Positions 24,822 through 33,200 of a stretch of 49,848 nucleotides of DNA are shown in pieces. This DNA comes from a virus. The DNA is taken from positions 1-49,848 of IMG/VR virus record IMGVR_UViG_3300032157_000014, one strand, 5' to 3'. Position numbers and translations under genes: made by a program. Below the pieces are notes generated by a model, which saw nothing but the letters and a program-made list of their open reading frames with translations, ran no database searches and had not been told where the DNA came from. Each line of letters starts with the position of its first letter. Within the stretch, counting starts at the first letter, position 1.

Positions 24822-25106
24822 TCACCGGCGCGCTTCATTGCCGCCTGCCGGTTTGTTTCCTTGTGCGTCCAGCCCCGCCGCCGTGCGCACCTTCGCCAGC
24901 AGCGTCTTCTCGCTGCGCGTCTTGCAGATCCGCATGCCGCGTCGGCTGTGGCCGTCGCGCCTGTAGAGCACGTAGGCCGGAACAAGCGTCTTGTTGCCCG
25001 TCTTGCGATCGCGCTTCTCGTCCTGGACGTCGATGTAGTAGAGCGTCGGGTGGTCCTTGCAGACCTGCCGCACTTCCCACAGCAGCTGATGCGGCAGCGG
25101 CTTCAC
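24822..25106 (-). CDS. Hypothetical protein (94 aa)
   Basis: MKPLPHQLLWEVRQVCKDHPTLYYIDVQDEKRDRKTGNKTLVPAYVLYRRDGH.... Confidence 0.5.
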   Translation of the reverse strand: MKPLPHQLLWEVRQVCKDHPTLYYIDVQDEKRDRKTGNKTLVPAYVLYRRDGHSRRGMRICKTRSEKTLLAKVRTAAGLDAQGNKPAGGNEARR

Positions 25107-25300
25107 TCGGAGGCCTTCGCCGGCGTGGCTGCCGGCGTGGTAAGGAAGCGCGATTCGATTTCGGGCCGGAAGATCTGGCAGAAGTCCCGGGCAAAGCCGC
25201 CGGGCACCTTGCCGGCGGGCAGCTGCTCGGTAACCTGCAGCGGCAGCCGCTGCGCGATCGTCTTGGCGTCAGCCACGCGCCAACCCCTTAACGCGCGCAT
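25103..25300 (-). CDS. Hypothetical small protein (65 aa or shorter) with a FRPEIE motif
   Basis: ...GKVPGGFARDFCQIFRPEIESRFLTT.... ATGA overlap with the downstream start. Its 5' end overlaps the upstream gene by 32 nt, so the real start may be internal. Confidence 0.4.
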   Translation of the reverse strand: MRALRGWRVADAKTIAQRLPLQVTEQLPAGKVPGGFARDFCQIFRPEIESRFLTTPAATPAKASE

Positions 25301-25793
25301 GCGCCTCGACGATCGCGCCGACCCATTCGAATACCTGCTTGTTCAGTTCGCCGAGCTCTCCGCGGTCGATCCGGCCGTCCTGCAGGCAATGGCGCAGGAG
25401 GTGGTGGTAGCTGCCGCCCTCCTCGTGCACCTTCGCCAAGAGCTCGAGCAGCGCTTCGTCGGAGCATTTGCTGAAATCGGGAACCGGGAAGGCCACGCAG
25501 TTCATGCCGCGCGCCTGGGCTTGCAGGTGTTCGATGCGGCCGGTCGCAAGGAAGATCAGCTGCATGTCCTGCACGGTCAGCTTGTGGTGCGGGGTGCCGT
25601 CGCCCTCGGCCAGCTTGTTGTAGAGGACCCCTGCCGACGTCCCGATCAGTTCAGCGACCTTGGGGATCCCCCCCTCGAATGCGTCGCAGATAGCCCGCGC
25701 GGCCGCGCGCGCATCGGCCGATGCCTGCATGTGTGAGGAAAAGCGATCGGCTAACTTTGCGTGAGCAGAGGGACGGCGCATGCTCTGGCTCAT
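25269..25793 (-). CDS. CII (CP76)-like phage regulatory protein
   Basis: ...VAELIGTSAGVLYNKLAEGDGTPHHKLTVQDMQLIFLATGRIEHLQAQARGMNCVAFPVP...GRIDRGELGELNKQV... resembles the Phage_CP76 pattern as I remember it. It is the second gene of the leftward early operon. Confidence 0.4.
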   Translation of the reverse strand: MSQSMRRPSAHAKLADRFSSHMQASADARAAARAICDAFEGGIPKVAELIGTSAGVLYNKLAEGDGTPHHKLTVQDMQLIFLATGRIEHLQAQARGMNCVAFPVPDFSKCSDEALLELLAKVHEEGGSYHHLLRHCLQDGRIDRGELGELNKQVFEWVGAIVEAHARVKGLARG

Positions 25794-25978
25794 TGCGACG
25801 CAGCCTTGGTGGCCGGTGTGAGGACCGGCTCAGCGTCGAGGCTCTTTACGAGGCGGAGGATTGTTTCGCTATTTCGGCTGCGACCGCTTTTTGTCGCGGC
25901 GGCGCTCAGGCGCTTGAGGAGCTGCTCCGGCAGCCGCAGGAGAACCTTTGGGTCTTTGCGAGTTGCGACGCGTTCCAC
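25790..25978 (-). CDS. Arc/MetJ-type ribbon-helix-helix protein (Cro-like position)
   Basis: GTG start. KVLLRLPEQLLKRLSAAATKSGRSRNSETILRLVKSL matches the Arc-family RHH pattern. It is the first gene leftward of the operator region. Confidence 0.65.
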   Translation of the reverse strand: MERVATRKDPKVLLRLPEQLLKRLSAAATKSGRSRNSETILRLVKSLDAEPVLTPATKAASQ

Positions 25979-25984
25979 TGGCGG

Positions 25985-26070
25985 CCTTCGGTGATATCAG
26001 AAGGCCGCATGATATTACCGTGATATCTCGCCTGTCAAATCACGCTGCAATAGACTGTGATATCACAATA
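25985..26070. promoter_or_regulatory. Divergent promoter/operator region with four (G)TGATAT(C) repeats
   Basis: gtgatatc at 25991, atgatatta at 26009, gtgatatc at 26020, and a perfect 12-bp palindrome tgtgatatcaca at 26056..26067. The region is A+T-richer and lies between the two divergent RHH genes. Confidence 0.65.
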
Positions 26071-26090
26071 AAAACAGGACTTAGGGACCA

Positions 26091-26426
26091 TTGAAACGTG
26101 ATCTCGGGGGATTACAGGGGGTTCAGGTGCCAGCTGAAACCAGAAAGTCTTCCAGAGTAGGACGTGAGGCCGCGAAGTTTCTGCTGCGATTGCCCACGGA
26201 GCTCCGAGAATACCTGCAGCGAGAGTCCAATCTAAACGGGCGCAGCTTCAATTCGGAGTGCCTAACCCGCCTCGAGGCGAGCCGCCACCCGCCGCGACGA
26301 GGCCGAGAAGCGCAGCAGCCTGGAGCGGATTACACTGCGCTCACGGAATCCGCCCGCTCGATGCTCGCGATCTTCAATCGCATGACGCCAGAAAAGCAGC
26401 TCGCGCTGATCTCGCTATTCAAATGA
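26091..26426 (+). CDS. Arc-type RHH protein (repressor-like position), 111 aa
   Basis: TTG start. KFLLRLPTELREYLQRESNLNGRSFNSECLTRLEAS is an RHH motif, followed by a C-terminal extension. Confidence 0.6.
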   Translation: MKRDLGGLQGVQVPAETRKSSRVGREAAKFLLRLPTELREYLQRESNLNGRSFNSECLTRLEASRHPPRRGREAQQPGADYTALTESARSMLAIFNRMTPEKQLALISLFK

Positions 26427-26839
26427 GCCGCGCGATCGGCAGCGTCCTCCTGCTGCTACTCACCGCCTGCGCCACTCCGGCCGGCCAGATCCCGAAGGAA
26501 GACTTCGCCTGGGAAACCGCGGAGCTGCCGATCGGGTACCAAGCCGGCTTCCGCAATCTGCGCCAGGCGTTCCAGACCTGCCCTGGATTTGTCGCCGAGG
26601 GCGATCTCTACACCGACCTCGGCGAAGGTCGCCTCACCGTCTACCTCGCTCAAGGGTTCCCGATGAGCGGCCGCACCGACTTTGTCGCTGGCAAAGTCGA
26701 GCTGCAGAAGAAAGACGATGCGCGGTCGGTGATCACGCTGGCCGTCCAGCACATTTACGACAAGCCCACCTTCGGCCCGCCCGGAAAGATGCGCGGGCAA
26801 TGGAAGCGGTGGGCGTCAGGGAATTTCGACTGCTCCTGA
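26423..26839 (+). CDS. Lipoprotein (138 aa) in the lysogeny operon
   Basis: MSRAIGSVLLLLLTAC contains a signal peptide and lipobox (LTAC). ATGA overlap with the RHH stop. Normal composition after the start. Confidence 0.65.
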   Translation: MSRAIGSVLLLLLTACATPAGQIPKEDFAWETAELPIGYQAGFRNLRQAFQTCPGFVAEGDLYTDLGEGRLTVYLAQGFPMSGRTDFVAGKVELQKKDDARSVITLAVQHIYDKPTFGPPGKMRGQWKRWASGNFDCS

Positions 26840-26848
26840 GCAGCACCG

Positions 26849-27103
26849 ATGCGCCCCGAGCAATGGACTCCCGGGCAGAAGGTGATCGTCGATCGCCTGC
26901 GCGCGCTGCTGCCGCAGCGGCCCTGGTGGCTGCTCGTCGCGACTCCGAAGGCGCGCTGCAGCCGTAACGGCCTCCTCATGGGACACGAGCACCGCAGCTG
27001 GCGCAGCCAGATGCCGCCATGCGACGAGAAATGCAAGTGCGTGGTGTGGGCTCTGACGAACCAGGAAGCGCGCGCGATTGCGGCGAAGCGCCGCGCTGCG
27101 TGA
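26849..27103 (+). CDS. Hypothetical protein (84 aa)
   Basis: Track ORF, last gene of the rightward operon. It converges on the minus-strand late operon, with the two stops 7 nt apart. Confidence 0.4.
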   Translation: MRPEQWTPGQKVIVDRLRALLPQRPWWLLVATPKARCSRNGLLMGHEHRSWRSQMPPCDEKCKCVVWALTNQEARAIAAKRRAA

Positions 27104-27110
27104 CCTTCCG

Positions 27111-27617
27111 CTAGGGCTCGTTGCTGCAGATCGGCTCGCCGCCGAGCGCGGCCACCACCTCGGCCGGCGTGGCGATCGACGGCAGCCGCCCGGCCGGCTT
27201 CCACCCGCACCTCAGCCAGATGTAGGCCGCCCAGGAGCTGCAGACGAGCTTCGAATCGTCTACGGTCGGCAGCGGAACGCCGAAGAGGATGTTGATCGCC
27301 AGGCGCCAGATGTCCAGCCAGTCGTAGCTGATCTTTCCGCGCAGCGTCACCAGGATGTCGTCGCGCACCTGCTTGCGGTCCACCGGGCAGCTGAAGACGT
27401 CGAACGGCGTCAGCTGGTACTGGCTGAGCGGAATGAGTACGTTCTTCGCGCCGTCCATCTCCGCCACCCACAGGCCCTCATCGAGCCAGAGCGCAATCGC
27501 GCAGTGCGTGTACTGCGATCTCGTGGCCCATCGGATCAGCCCGGGCCAGCCGCTGTGCTTGGAGCGGACGGCGATCAGATCGCCGTCGAGGACCAGCCGG
27601 CGGAGATCTTCGTACAT
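27111..27617 (-). CDS. Permuted papain-fold / NlpC-P60-superfamily peptidase (YiiX/C92-like), 168 aa
   Basis: MYEDLRRLVLDGDLIAVRSKHSGWPGLIRWATRSQYTHCAIAL...VAEMDGAKNV...SKLVCSSWAAYIW shows the GDL...H...CSS arrangement typical of permuted NlpC/P60 enzymes. It is the last gene of the late operon. Confidence 0.5.
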   Translation of the reverse strand: MYEDLRRLVLDGDLIAVRSKHSGWPGLIRWATRSQYTHCAIALWLDEGLWVAEMDGAKNVLIPLSQYQLTPFDVFSCPVDRKQVRDDILVTLRGKISYDWLDIWRLAINILFGVPLPTVDDSKLVCSSWAAYIWLRCGWKPAGRLPSIATPAEVVAALGGEPICSNEP

Positions 27618-28105
27618 CACTCGCCGAACACCGCCGGCCAGCCGCCGCTGAAGTCGTAGGACGCCGGATCCTCGGCCTCTTCCATCGCCGCCTTGTGCGC
27701 CTCGGCCGCGGCAAAGATCGCGATGTCGCTCGCCGCGGCCGCGCCGAAGATCTGCTGCGCGAGCTGCGGCGTCATGAGGATGAAGGTGCCGTCCATCGTC
27801 TTCCAGTGCGTGTTCGCCGGGATGTTGTTCCCCAGGAGCACCAGGCCGATCTGCTGCACGCGCGAAATGGCGTCGGAGTGGAACCACTTGCCGGCGGCCT
27901 GGTACCCGCCCTGCAGCGTGCGGCGCTCGCGCTCGGCCTTGATCTTCTCCCAGGCCTCGGCGCGCGCGCCGGCGGCGTTCTGCACCCACGCCTCGCCGTT
28001 CCACTCGTGCAGTAGCGACGGCCGCTGCGGGACCTCGATATCGAGGGGATGCTCGCGATTACCTTCGTAGTAGCTGCCGTCCGGCCGGATCCAGAAGGAG
28101 CGCAT
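27617..28105 (-). CDS. DUF4376-like tail-fibre-associated protein (162 aa)
   Basis: MRSFWIRPDGSYYEG...AWEKIKAERERRTLQGGYQAAGKWFHSDAISRVQQIGLVLLG.... The start is chosen at the Met forming a TGATG overlap with the fibre stop. The track start is 28141. Confidence 0.5.
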   Translation of the reverse strand: MRSFWIRPDGSYYEGNREHPLDIEVPQRPSLLHEWNGEAWVQNAAGARAEAWEKIKAERERRTLQGGYQAAGKWFHSDAISRVQQIGLVLLGNNIPANTHWKTMDGTFILMTPQLAQQIFGAAAASDIAIFAAAEAHKAAMEEAEDPASYDFSGGWPAVFGE

Positions 28106-30267
28106 CACCATCCCCTTTCCAGGCTGCAGCCGTACCGCCACTTCGCCGCCGTGAGGGTGACGGCGTTGACGGGTGTTGTCCTGTCTGGCACGCCGCCGAT
28201 ACCGGTGGTGCCGACCAGGGCGCGCAGGATGTTTCGGTCGCTAGTCGTGTAGACGCCGTTCGTCACGCCATTTGTATTGATGGAGTCATAGATGCGATCA
28301 CCGGGCCGGAACGAGTTGTCCGGCGACTTGCATTCGAGCCACGGGCGGACGCGTGCGGGCTTCACGCCCAAGTTGTGCGTCAGGGAGTAGCCGGTGCCGG
28401 TCGCGATGGTTTCCTGCGTGACGATCGCCTGTCCCCGCACCGCGTAGCTGCGCGTCGCCGTGACCGCGCTGCCGTTGGTGTCCTGCTCTCCCACGAACAG
28501 CCGGTTACGCGCCGTCAGGGTCGGGTTCGTGCCGGCCGACGCGCTCGCCGCGGTGACCTCGTACATCGTCTTCGCCGGGATTGCGTAGAAGTGCACGGGC
28601 TGGCTGGCCACCGTGAAGGCCGCAGCGGCCGGCGTTTCCGTCCCTGTGACCGTGGCGGCACGGATGAAGCGGAAGCCGTCGATCCAGCCGTTCAAGTGAT
28701 TGCTGGACACCACGGCGCCGATCCGAGGCGCCAGGCCGCCGCAGATCCGCGTCGACGACGAGAGCGTGTAGTCCTGGGTTTCCGCCGCGCCGTTGTTCGA
28801 CAGGTAGACACGGTACGTGCCCCCCAGCGCGTCGAACACCATGCGGATCTTGTACCAGACGCCGGTGGACCAGGATGTCGAGGATCCGGCGCCGCCGTTC
28901 ACGAGATCGTGCGACGAGCCGTTGCTGGACAGGTAGGTCAGTAGGCGCAGCGTGCCGGCGTTGTTGTTGATCGCGACCTGCGCGCCGAAAGCGCTGGAGT
29001 TGCTGAACGCGAAGATCGCCTGCGAGTTCCCCGCGGTGGGCAGCGTGTTCCAGCGGACCCAGCAGGAGATCTCCCAGGATCCATCTCCGAGCGAGACGAT
29101 CTCCGAGTTCGTGAGGTAGTCGCCGGTGCCATCGAGGAGCAGAGACGAGGTGCCGAACTTGAACTGCGCCGTGTCGATCTGAGCGTTCCCCACGGCCGTC
29201 CATGTGTTCCCGAAATCGTCGATCATCGTGGTGCTGGCATCCGCGCCCTCGAAGTTCAGCAGCGCGGCCTGGGTGCGGTCGAACGCGTATCCGTACTGAG
29301 GAGGGATCAGGCAATTTGCCCAGGTGACCGAGGTGGTGCTGACGTAGTCGGCGTAGATGTAGTTCGTGTTGCTCGCGACCAAGGATCCCTGATTGCTCGC
29401 GTCGGCGCTGATGGTTGCCGAGTAGTCGATGGTACCGGCGGCGAAATCCAGCACGGCGGCGGTCGGGCTCGCGTCGACGTTGAAGTTCAGGGCGGCGCCC
29501 GCGGCGAGGAGCGCGCTGTAGCCGTTCGAATCCAGCGCGCAGCTGCGCACCGATTGCGGCACCGGCACGATCACCGTCTGGTTTACGAGCTGGGCGAGGA
29601 TCGACTGCTCGATCGTCTTGCTCTCTTCGCCCTGGTGGCTCTCGGTGGGTAGCGCGGCCCATGTGCCCGCAGTGGTCTGCGTGTCCAGCGTTACGGCGAT
29701 CAGCCGGCCGGGCTTGTTGGAGAGGATCTCGTCGGCGTACATCACCGTCGAAGAATCCGCGGTGTTGCTCATGGCGGTGGTGGAGAAGAGCCCGGTGCGG
29801 CCCATGTAGGAGCCCGCCACCGCTACCTTTGGCGTGCTCGCATCCTTCTCGAGCAGGTACCAATAGAGAAGGCCCGCAACCCCGTCGCTGTGTCCGAGCG
29901 TCGCGCCAGAGCTCACCGCCAGCGCCACGTTGGCCGCGAGCTTGCGCAGATTGAAGCCTGCGTCGTCGAGGGACGAGGAGCGTTGCGATACGAACGCCTG
30001 GTTGTCGGCGCTCAAGTCGTCGCCCGCCTTGTCCTTGAGGGTCATGGTGAGCGCGCCGGCGTTCACGGCGAACGTGGGCTTCAGGTTGTAGAACCCCTTG
30101 GGATCCAGGATCCCGAAAGCCGCGAAGGCGGCGTCCCTCGCGCCCGTGGCGCCGAGCAGGCCCACTGCAGCCGCGCGAAAGTCGCGCAGCGCCTGCTTGA
30201 ACATGCCCTGGTTGAAACCCGGCGATTCGCCGTCGAGATCGTCTTCATCGGGAAATGCGGTGGCCAT
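28105..30267 (-). CDS. Tail fibre / receptor-binding protein with a LamG (concanavalin-A-like lectin) domain
   Basis: 720 aa, rich in Ser/Thr/Gly/Ala. SSLLLDGTGDYLTNSEIVSLGDGSWEISCWVRW...AIFAFS...WYKIRMVFD...YRVYLSNNG is the Laminin_G_3 pattern. Located downstream of the J-like gene. Confidence 0.65.
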   Translation of the reverse strand: MATAFPDEDDLDGESPGFNQGMFKQALRDFRAAAVGLLGATGARDAAFAAFGILDPKGFYNLKPTFAVNAGALTMTLKDKAGDDLSADNQAFVSQRSSSLDDAGFNLRKLAANVALAVSSGATLGHSDGVAGLLYWYLLEKDASTPKVAVAGSYMGRTGLFSTTAMSNTADSSTVMYADEILSNKPGRLIAVTLDTQTTAGTWAALPTESHQGEESKTIEQSILAQLVNQTVIVPVPQSVRSCALDSNGYSALLAAGAALNFNVDASPTAAVLDFAAGTIDYSATISADASNQGSLVASNTNYIYADYVSTTSVTWANCLIPPQYGYAFDRTQAALLNFEGADASTTMIDDFGNTWTAVGNAQIDTAQFKFGTSSLLLDGTGDYLTNSEIVSLGDGSWEISCWVRWNTLPTAGNSQAIFAFSNSSAFGAQVAINNNAGTLRLLTYLSSNGSSHDLVNGGAGSSTSWSTGVWYKIRMVFDALGGTYRVYLSNNGAAETQDYTLSSSTRICGGLAPRIGAVVSSNHLNGWIDGFRFIRAATVTGTETPAAAAFTVASQPVHFYAIPAKTMYEVTAASASAGTNPTLTARNRLFVGEQDTNGSAVTATRSYAVRGQAIVTQETIATGTGYSLTHNLGVKPARVRPWLECKSPDNSFRPGDRIYDSINTNGVTNGVYTTSDRNILRALVGTTGIGGVPDRTTPVNAVTLTAAKWRYGCSLERGW

Positions 30268-30278
30268 TCTCTTTCTCC

Positions 30279-33200
30279 TTAGTAGCCTTTGATTCGGGCG
30301 TCGACGAGGCCGTCGACGAAGCTGCTCGCGCCGTCAATGCAGCGCGTGAGCGGGCCAAACTCGGTGTCCTTGTCCAGGATAAGGACGCCGACCGCATCGC
30401 CGCCGTCCGCCTGCAGGGTGAGCTGCACGTTCTTGATCACGTTGAAGGTCTTCGTGATCGGCAGACGCGTGCCGGCCGCGTCGATCTCGATGTCGTCGAG
30501 CTCCTCCACGATGTCCGGTGCATCGACCACGAGCTTCAGCTCCGTGATCGCACCCTGGACCTGGCCCTGGCCGGTGATGAAGCGGAACTCGTAGGGCTGA
30601 TGCGTGACCACGATCGAGCCCGGCCACACAGACCAGCCTGGTGCCGGCGAATAGAACGGGGCTTCGTCGTCGTCGGAGTAGAACGCGTCGCTGTCGTCGT
30701 CGGAAAACATCGGCGCCGGGCCCGACTGGCGATATTCGATGTAGACGGGCGAACCCTCGATCGCGGAGACGATCGTCAGCGTGGATCCGGAGAGCGGCTC
30801 CGACGGCACGATTTCGCCGGTGGTGTAGACCATCTCGGTGTAATCGGTGCCGTGGTAGAACGTGTCGCCGTCGCTCGTGGCGTAGAACGGCGCGCTGTCC
30901 GAGGGCCGGTAGAGGCCGTCCGTCTCGTCCGCCACCAGGTCGCCACCGGCGACGGCGCCGCCCTCGATCGTGCCCGGGAAGCCCTCGGCCTGCAGGTCGA
31001 ACTCCTCGAGCACGTTCGCGATCGCGGCGTCGCCCAGGTCGGTGACGATCACTGCCGCGTCCGTTGATTCCAGGTAGGCCGCGTCGACCGGCTTGATCAT
31101 GAACGTGAGCGGGCCCGAGGGCCGGGACTCCGGCCGCCAGGGAGAGGCCGTCAGCAGACCATCATGCAGCGGCGCCGCGTCCTCCCAGGTCCTGCGATCG
31201 CCATAGTGGAAGCGGATGCGGTAGCCGATGACATCCACCGCGTTTGCGAATACCCATTTGAGGAGATCGCCGTCGACCGTGAAGATCAGCACCGGATCCG
31301 GCCGCGCCGCGGCCGCGAAGTTGAGCGTCCTAGAGGCAGTGACAACCTCGAACTGGCCGAGCCGCTTCAGGCTGGACCAGGCGGTGACTTCGACCACCAC
31401 CGCCGCCAAGTCGGGCGCGGTGAACGTGAAGCTGCGGCCGCGCGTTTCCCCTCTCGGTTCCAGCGGCCCGCCGTTGATCGACACTCGGACCTCGGCCGAG
31501 GCGTAGTCGCCGCCCGTGTCCCAGCTTGCCGTGCACTTGACCAGGTACCCCGTGCCGGCGCGCACGCCGTCCTCGGTGAGCTCGAGGTTCGAGATCTCCA
31601 CCGAACCGAAGACCTGCGTGGGCGCGGTGTACTGGTAAGGCGCGTCCTCCGAGGCGTAGAACTCGGGCAGCTCGTCGACCGCGGTGATCTCGACCGTATC
31701 GTGCGACACAGGCTTCCAGCCGGCGATCTTCACCTTCTTGCCGGGCGTGCTGGCGTGCCCGAAGAGCCACTTGTAGTCGTAGACGGGATGCTCCGGATCG
31801 GCGCCAGGATCGAAGTCGAGCGCTTCGGTCAGGGTCAGCTCGTCGGTATCGCCGAAGCCGGCGACAACGTCGTAGGTGGCGAAGTGCTGGTCTGGCCTGA
31901 CGATCGTGACGAAGCTGCCGGCGGCCGCGAGCGGCACCTTGCGCGAGAGCTTGAGCACGGTGCTGCTCGAGCCCTCGATCAGCCGGCCGGAGTAGTCCGC
32001 GCTCGCCAGGTCATGCGCGAGCTTGGCCACGTTGCCGCGCTGCGCCGGCATGCCCTCCCAATCGGTCTGCCACTTGTAGGTTTTCGCGCGCAGGACCTGC
32101 TGCGCGGCGTAGAGGTTCACGGCCTTTCCGGCCATCGCCTTTCTCACGCAGCCGAAGAGTTCCACCGATCGGCTGCGCACCGGCTCGGTCGCGCCGCCGA
32201 CGAGCTGGCGCACCGTATCGCGCTGCCAGTCGAGGTCGACGTTGATGAACGAGAGCACGATCTCGTCGGCCAGGTCCCCGGTCTGATACACGATCTCGAA
32301 GGTGTCGCGCTTGATGTTCGACATGGAGAAGACGCCCACCACAGGCTGGTCGGGCGCGTCCCAGACCACCTCGAGCCTTCCACTGCCACGTGACACCGTG
32401 CCGCGGCCGCACAGCGCGATCGCGTTCAGCATCTCGAACACCGAGATCTGCTGGTCAAAGACGGCGTCGAACGTAAGGCTCTTGGCGGTGCACCAGGCGC
32501 CGAAGAGTTTCAGGTTCTCAAGGCCGATCCGCTCGTCCGGGATCATGCCGCCCCATACCCGGCGCGAGCCGACACGCTTGCCGCGCGCGGCGTCGAGCAC
32601 CCACCAGGCCGGGTTCGACGTCTCCGCGACCACCCAGGAGGACCCGTTCCAGGTTTCGCAGCGCCCCGAGGCCATGGCGCTGAACTGATCGACCACGCCG
32701 TTGATCTGCCCGGAGGCCTTGATCTTGAGCCCGACGCGCTTGCGGCCCGTGTAGTCCGCGGTGTCTGGCTGGTACGTCCGGAGCTGCGACCAGCTGAGGT
32801 CCGAGACTTCAGTGTCGAGCGTTTCGTCCGCGCTGGTGCGCCGGACCCGGATCTCGTACTGGCCCTCCGTGACCGTGATCTTGTACATCTTGCGCACCGG
32901 CGCGCGCCGGCCGTTGGAGATCGTGATCTGGCTCGAGCCGGCCCAGAAGGGAAGCCAGGGCGCGCTGCCCACGAGCCGGTACTCGGCCTCGATGTTGCGC
33001 GAGATCTCGACGATCGAGCCGTCCGTGGTGCTGATGCCGTACTGCTGGCCGACAATCTCGATCGCGAGGGCCGTGGCATTGGGGCTCGAGGTGCGCTGGA
33101 TCCAGCCCGCGGCCGCAGTGAGCGCGGCACCCTGCTGGCTGTCTACGTTGCCGTGGACCAGCGTGATCTTGCCGTCCTCGCCGGACTCCTGCAGGGTCAC

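Noticed and set aside
24545-24985. A small TM-like ORF starting MKRAGEWLIGGAIALAVMGLQGY... at about 24838.
   Set aside because: It would overlap the tyrosine-recombinase coding region out of frame for more than 160 nt, and the remainder of its product has shadow-frame composition.
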